Assembly (NCBI GenBank): GCA_021740425.1
Contig: JAIOZV010000003.1
Span: 1-40,205 of the forward strand
Direction of reading: 5' to 3'
Origin: Bacteroidales bacterium
Lineage (GTDB): Bacteria > Bacteroidota > Bacteroidia > Bacteroidales > 4484-276
DNA: 40,205 nucleotides
Positions 37,583 through 40,205 of this stretch are shown here, one piece after another. Positions within the stretch are counted from its first letter, which is position 1, and every line of letters begins with the position of its first letter. The position numbers and the translations under genes are program-made. The notes under the pieces were generated by a model. It was not told the origin of the DNA. It did not search any database and worked only from the letters and a program-made list of their open reading frames with translations.

Positions 37583-37936
37583 ATGAATGTAGAGGACTTA
37601 AGAAATTATTGTCTTTCAAAAAAAGCAGTTACTGAAAGTACGCCATTTGATGATGTTACCTTGGTTTTTAAGGTTGCAGGAAAAATGTTTGCCATCATTC
37701 CGCTCGATGAAACAGACTTATCCATCACCCTGAAATGTGATCCTGAAAAAGCGATCTCTTTGCGTGAAAGATACCCTGCAGTAAAACCTGGTTATCACAC
37801 CAGTAAAATACACTGGAATACAGTTTCGGTGGACGGAACGGTGGATAGAAGTTTAATTGTGGAATGGATTGACCACTCTTATGAAATGGTAGTTTTGGGG
37901 CTCACCAAAAAACAGCGACTGCTTTTGGATGCATAG
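37583..37936 (+). CDS. MmcQ/YjbR family protein
   Basis: YCLSK, PFDD.TLVFKV.GKMFA, LKCDPE, PGYH..K.HWNTV and IDHSY. Confidence 0.93.
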   Translation: MNVEDLRNYCLSKKAVTESTPFDDVTLVFKVAGKMFAIIPLDETDLSITLKCDPEKAISLRERYPAVKPGYHTSKIHWNTVSVDGTVDRSLIVEWIDHSYEMVVLGLTKKQRLLLDA

Positions 37937-38066
37937 ATGCACTTCTATATTTAAAATACAAATTTCTCAGGAAATTTTCCCGGAAAATTACAGATTATTC
38001 AAACCAAAGACTAAGCAAAACATCCCCGGCAAACCAACACAAATCGCACTAAAATGGCGGGGAAGT

Positions 38067-38321
38067 CTATTCCTCTGATTTCACAATGGGTTTTGGCTTT
38101 TTCCTGAACATATCACCCACAAGGTATCCCATTACCGCGCCCCACAATACGCTCATGTATGGGTTGGATGTGATGGCACAGGTACCTGAAACACACCCGA
38201 TTTCGCTGTAATAAATATAGCCTCCAAGGGCTCCCACAACAATGCCTATGAGGCTTACAGGTGGCACAATGGAGAAAATCCTTTCTTTGAAACTTCTTTT
38301 TTGATTGGACGAATTTTCCAT
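38067..38321 (-). CDS. Small two-helix membrane protein with GCxSGxCxITSxP motif (DUF6132-like)
   Basis: Two Gly-rich hydrophobic helices flank GYIYY..IGCVSGTCAITSNPY. Family name recalled, not searched. Confidence 0.75.
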   Translation of the reverse strand: MENSSNQKRSFKERIFSIVPPVSLIGIVVGALGGYIYYSEIGCVSGTCAITSNPYMSVLWGAVMGYLVGDMFRKKPKPIVKSEE

Positions 38322-38659
38322 TAGACTGATGTTTTGGCTGATAAGGAACTTTGAATTTGACTGAGAATGATTTCTTTGGATTGCAAACCAATGATGCGAC
38401 GGATTTCTATACCATCTTTAAATAAGATTAGTGTTGGAATGTTTCTAACACCAAGTTTTGAGGATATTACTTTATTGTCGTCAACATTAAGTGTTGCAAT
38501 TTTAAATTCTGAAGTATTGTCCTCCGCCAGTTCCTCCAACACTTTATGCTGCATTTTACAGGGATGGCACCAATCGGCCCAAAAGTCAACCAGCACTACA
38601 TTCCTTGCTATGGTTGTTTCAAAATTGGTAAAATTTATTTCTGTGATTTTATCTTTCAT
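38321..38659 (-). CDS. Thioredoxin (WCHPC active site)
   Basis: VLVDFWADWCHPCK, LNVD, cis-Pro IPTL and FKDG; no signal peptide. Confidence 0.93.
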   Translation of the reverse strand: MKDKITEINFTNFETTIARNVVLVDFWADWCHPCKMQHKVLEELAEDNTSEFKIATLNVDDNKVISSKLGVRNIPTLILFKDGIEIRRIIGLQSKEIILSQIQSSLSAKTSV

Positions 38660-38713
38660 ATTTCAATAACAAAAATTATGGGATTAGGTTCGCAAAATAG
38701 ATGCCAAATTAAA

Positions 38714-40204
38714 TCACTTTAGCCACACTATTGTTATCCCGGTTCCACCCATTTCTACTTTTTCATCACCAAAGCGCTTAACCTCAGGAATTAATCGCAA
38801 TTGATCCCGGATAACTTCCCTAAGAATACCATTGCCTTTGCCGTGTAATATTTTAACCTCTTTTATGGAAAGGAGTAAAGCTTCATCGATGTAGCGCTGC
38901 ACTTCGGTGGAGGCTTCTTCTGCTCTTTGCCCTCTCAAATCAAGCGAAAGCTTAAAATTTGCCATTTTGTCGTTGAGATCATCAATGATATTGCCGTAGG
39001 ATTTTTTGCGGAATAAAACTTTTTCGTGGTATTCCTCTTCCCCCACATTCACAAGTTTCTTTGCAGGCACTTTCATTATCACACTGCCGAAGCTCACCAG
39101 GGCATCCTTGCCTGTAAGTTCCACTACTTCGCCAACAGTAGCCTGCGGAGGAATTCGTACGCGATTTCCTACCAGGATTGTTTTGCTGTCAGTTTTGGGC
39201 TTTTCTTTTTTCGGCCTGGGGGCTTTTGCTGTCAGCGCATTTTGTTGATCCCTTACTGCTTCATTTTTGGCAACAATCTTTTGTTCGTTCAGTTTTTCAC
39301 GTAATATTCTGGTTTTTTCCTTGTCGGCCTGGGCTTCTTTGATTTCGCGAATGGTATTCTCGATCAATTTATTGGAATCATCAATAATTTGACTGGCCTC
39401 CATGCGGGCATCCTTAATAATTTTACCCTTGCTGGATTCCAATTCATTTTTCAGGGTTTCATATTTAAGAGTTAGTTCGCTCAAGCGCTTTTCGAGAATA
39501 TTCAACTCCTTTTGTTTTTCGGCTACTTCTCTTTTTTCCACTTCCAATTGCTGCAGTTGTTTATCGAATTTCACCTGTGTTTTCCCCACTTTCTTTTCTG
39601 CATTTCGGAGGATAAACCAGGGAAATCCGGTTTTTTTTGCCATTTCAAAAGCGAAAGAACTGCCAGGATTTCCGATTTGCAGTTTGAATAGTGGTTGCAT
39701 TTGGCGTGTATCGAAAAGCATAGCACCATTAATCAAACCCGGGGTTTTGTCGGCCAGCATTTTAAGGTTTGTGTAATGGGTGGTTATTACCCCGTAACTT
39801 CCTTTTTGGTTGAGATGTTCGAGTACTGCTTCGGCGATCGCACCACCCATGCGGGGCTCGGTTCCGGTTCCAAATTCATCAATCAAAAAAAGTGATTTAT
39901 TGCCAGCCTTGAGCGAAAAATGCTTCATATTTCGCAGATGTGAGGTATAGGTACTCAGGTCGTTTTCGATAGATTGCTCATCTCCGATATCGATGAAGAT
40001 ATCTTTAAAAATGCCGGTTTCGGATGTTTCACGAATGGGGATCAACAAGCCGCATTGAAGCATGTATTGCAGCAGCCCGACGGTTTTAAGGCAAACCGAT
40101 TTGCCCCCGGCATTTGGCCCTGAAATGATTAAAATCCTGTTTTCAGCTTTGAGTTTAATATCCAGGGGTACAATTTCTTTTTTTTGTTTTTGATGCGCCA
40201 GAAA
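38714..40204 (-). CDS. mutS2: MutS2 (ATPase, coiled coil, Smr domain); 5' part lies beyond the window
   Basis: The frame stays open from 40063 to the window edge and includes Walker A ISGPNAGGKS. Also IGDEQSIENDLSTY, LIDEFGTGTEP, TTHY and Smr LDLRG...ILHGKGNGILR...GG.G.T. Confidence 0.95.
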   Translation of the reverse strand, partial: FLAHQKQKKEIVPLDIKLKAENRILIISGPNAGGKSVCLKTVGLLQYMLQCGLLIPIRETSETGIFKDIFIDIGDEQSIENDLSTYTSHLRNMKHFSLKAGNKSLFLIDEFGTGTEPRMGGAIAEAVLEHLNQKGSYGVITTHYTNLKMLADKTPGLINGAMLFDTRQMQPLFKLQIGNPGSSFAFEMAKKTGFPWFILRNAEKKVGKTQVKFDKQLQQLEVEKREVAEKQKELNILEKRLSELTLKYETLKNELESSKGKIIKDARMEASQIIDDSNKLIENTIREIKEAQADKEKTRILREKLNEQKIVAKNEAVRDQQNALTAKAPRPKKEKPKTDSKTILVGNRVRIPPQATVGEVVELTGKDALVSFGSVIMKVPAKKLVNVGEEEYHEKVLFRKKSYGNIIDDLNDKMANFKLSLDLRGQRAEEASTEVQRYIDEALLLSIKEVKILHGKGNGILREVIRDQLRLIPEVKRFGDEKVEMGGTGITIVWLK

Positions 40205-40205
40205 T

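Noticed and set aside
38714-40063. Apparently truncated 449-aa MutS2 (pseudogene)
   Set aside because: The frame is open to the window edge and includes the Walker A motif, so the truncation is a window artefact.
1-40205. CRISPR arrays, IS elements, prophage genes
   Set aside because: No regularly spaced repeats, transposase, integrase or phage-like ORFs seen by eye.

Overview
This is a chromosomal window from a Bacteroidota bacterium, most likely Bacteroidales-like. The evidence is the tmRNA tag GETNYALAA, TAnnTTTG promoter boxes, a fused lpxC-fabZ, porX and five proteins with type IX secretion (T9SS) C-terminal domains. In order it holds: tmRNA; a reverse-strand hutI / H-NOX / soluble hybrid histidine kinase / stand-alone Cys-His PAS run; three tandem T9SS proteases (S8-PKD and two C10-CUB-CUB); tRNA-Glu; a cold-shock gene; and a wzx / doubled-wzz / O-antigen-ligase trio. 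Next is the conserved HD-hydrolase, lpxD, lpxC-fabZ, lpxA, efp, second lpxD block, divergent from porX-tsaE-ald. Last come a 2773-aa T9SS protein with one metzincin and two C39-like peptidase domains, a small T9SS protein, MmcQ/YjbR, a coupled thioredoxin and Cys-pair membrane protein, and the 3' part of mutS2. I saw no integrase, transposase or CRISPR array. The best candidates for undescribed biology are (1) the H-NOX / kinase / metal-PAS operon as a possible two-input gas or redox sensor, (2) the three-active-site secreted polyprotease and (3) the head-to-tail double Wzz. All family calls come from reading motifs by eye; no database search was run.
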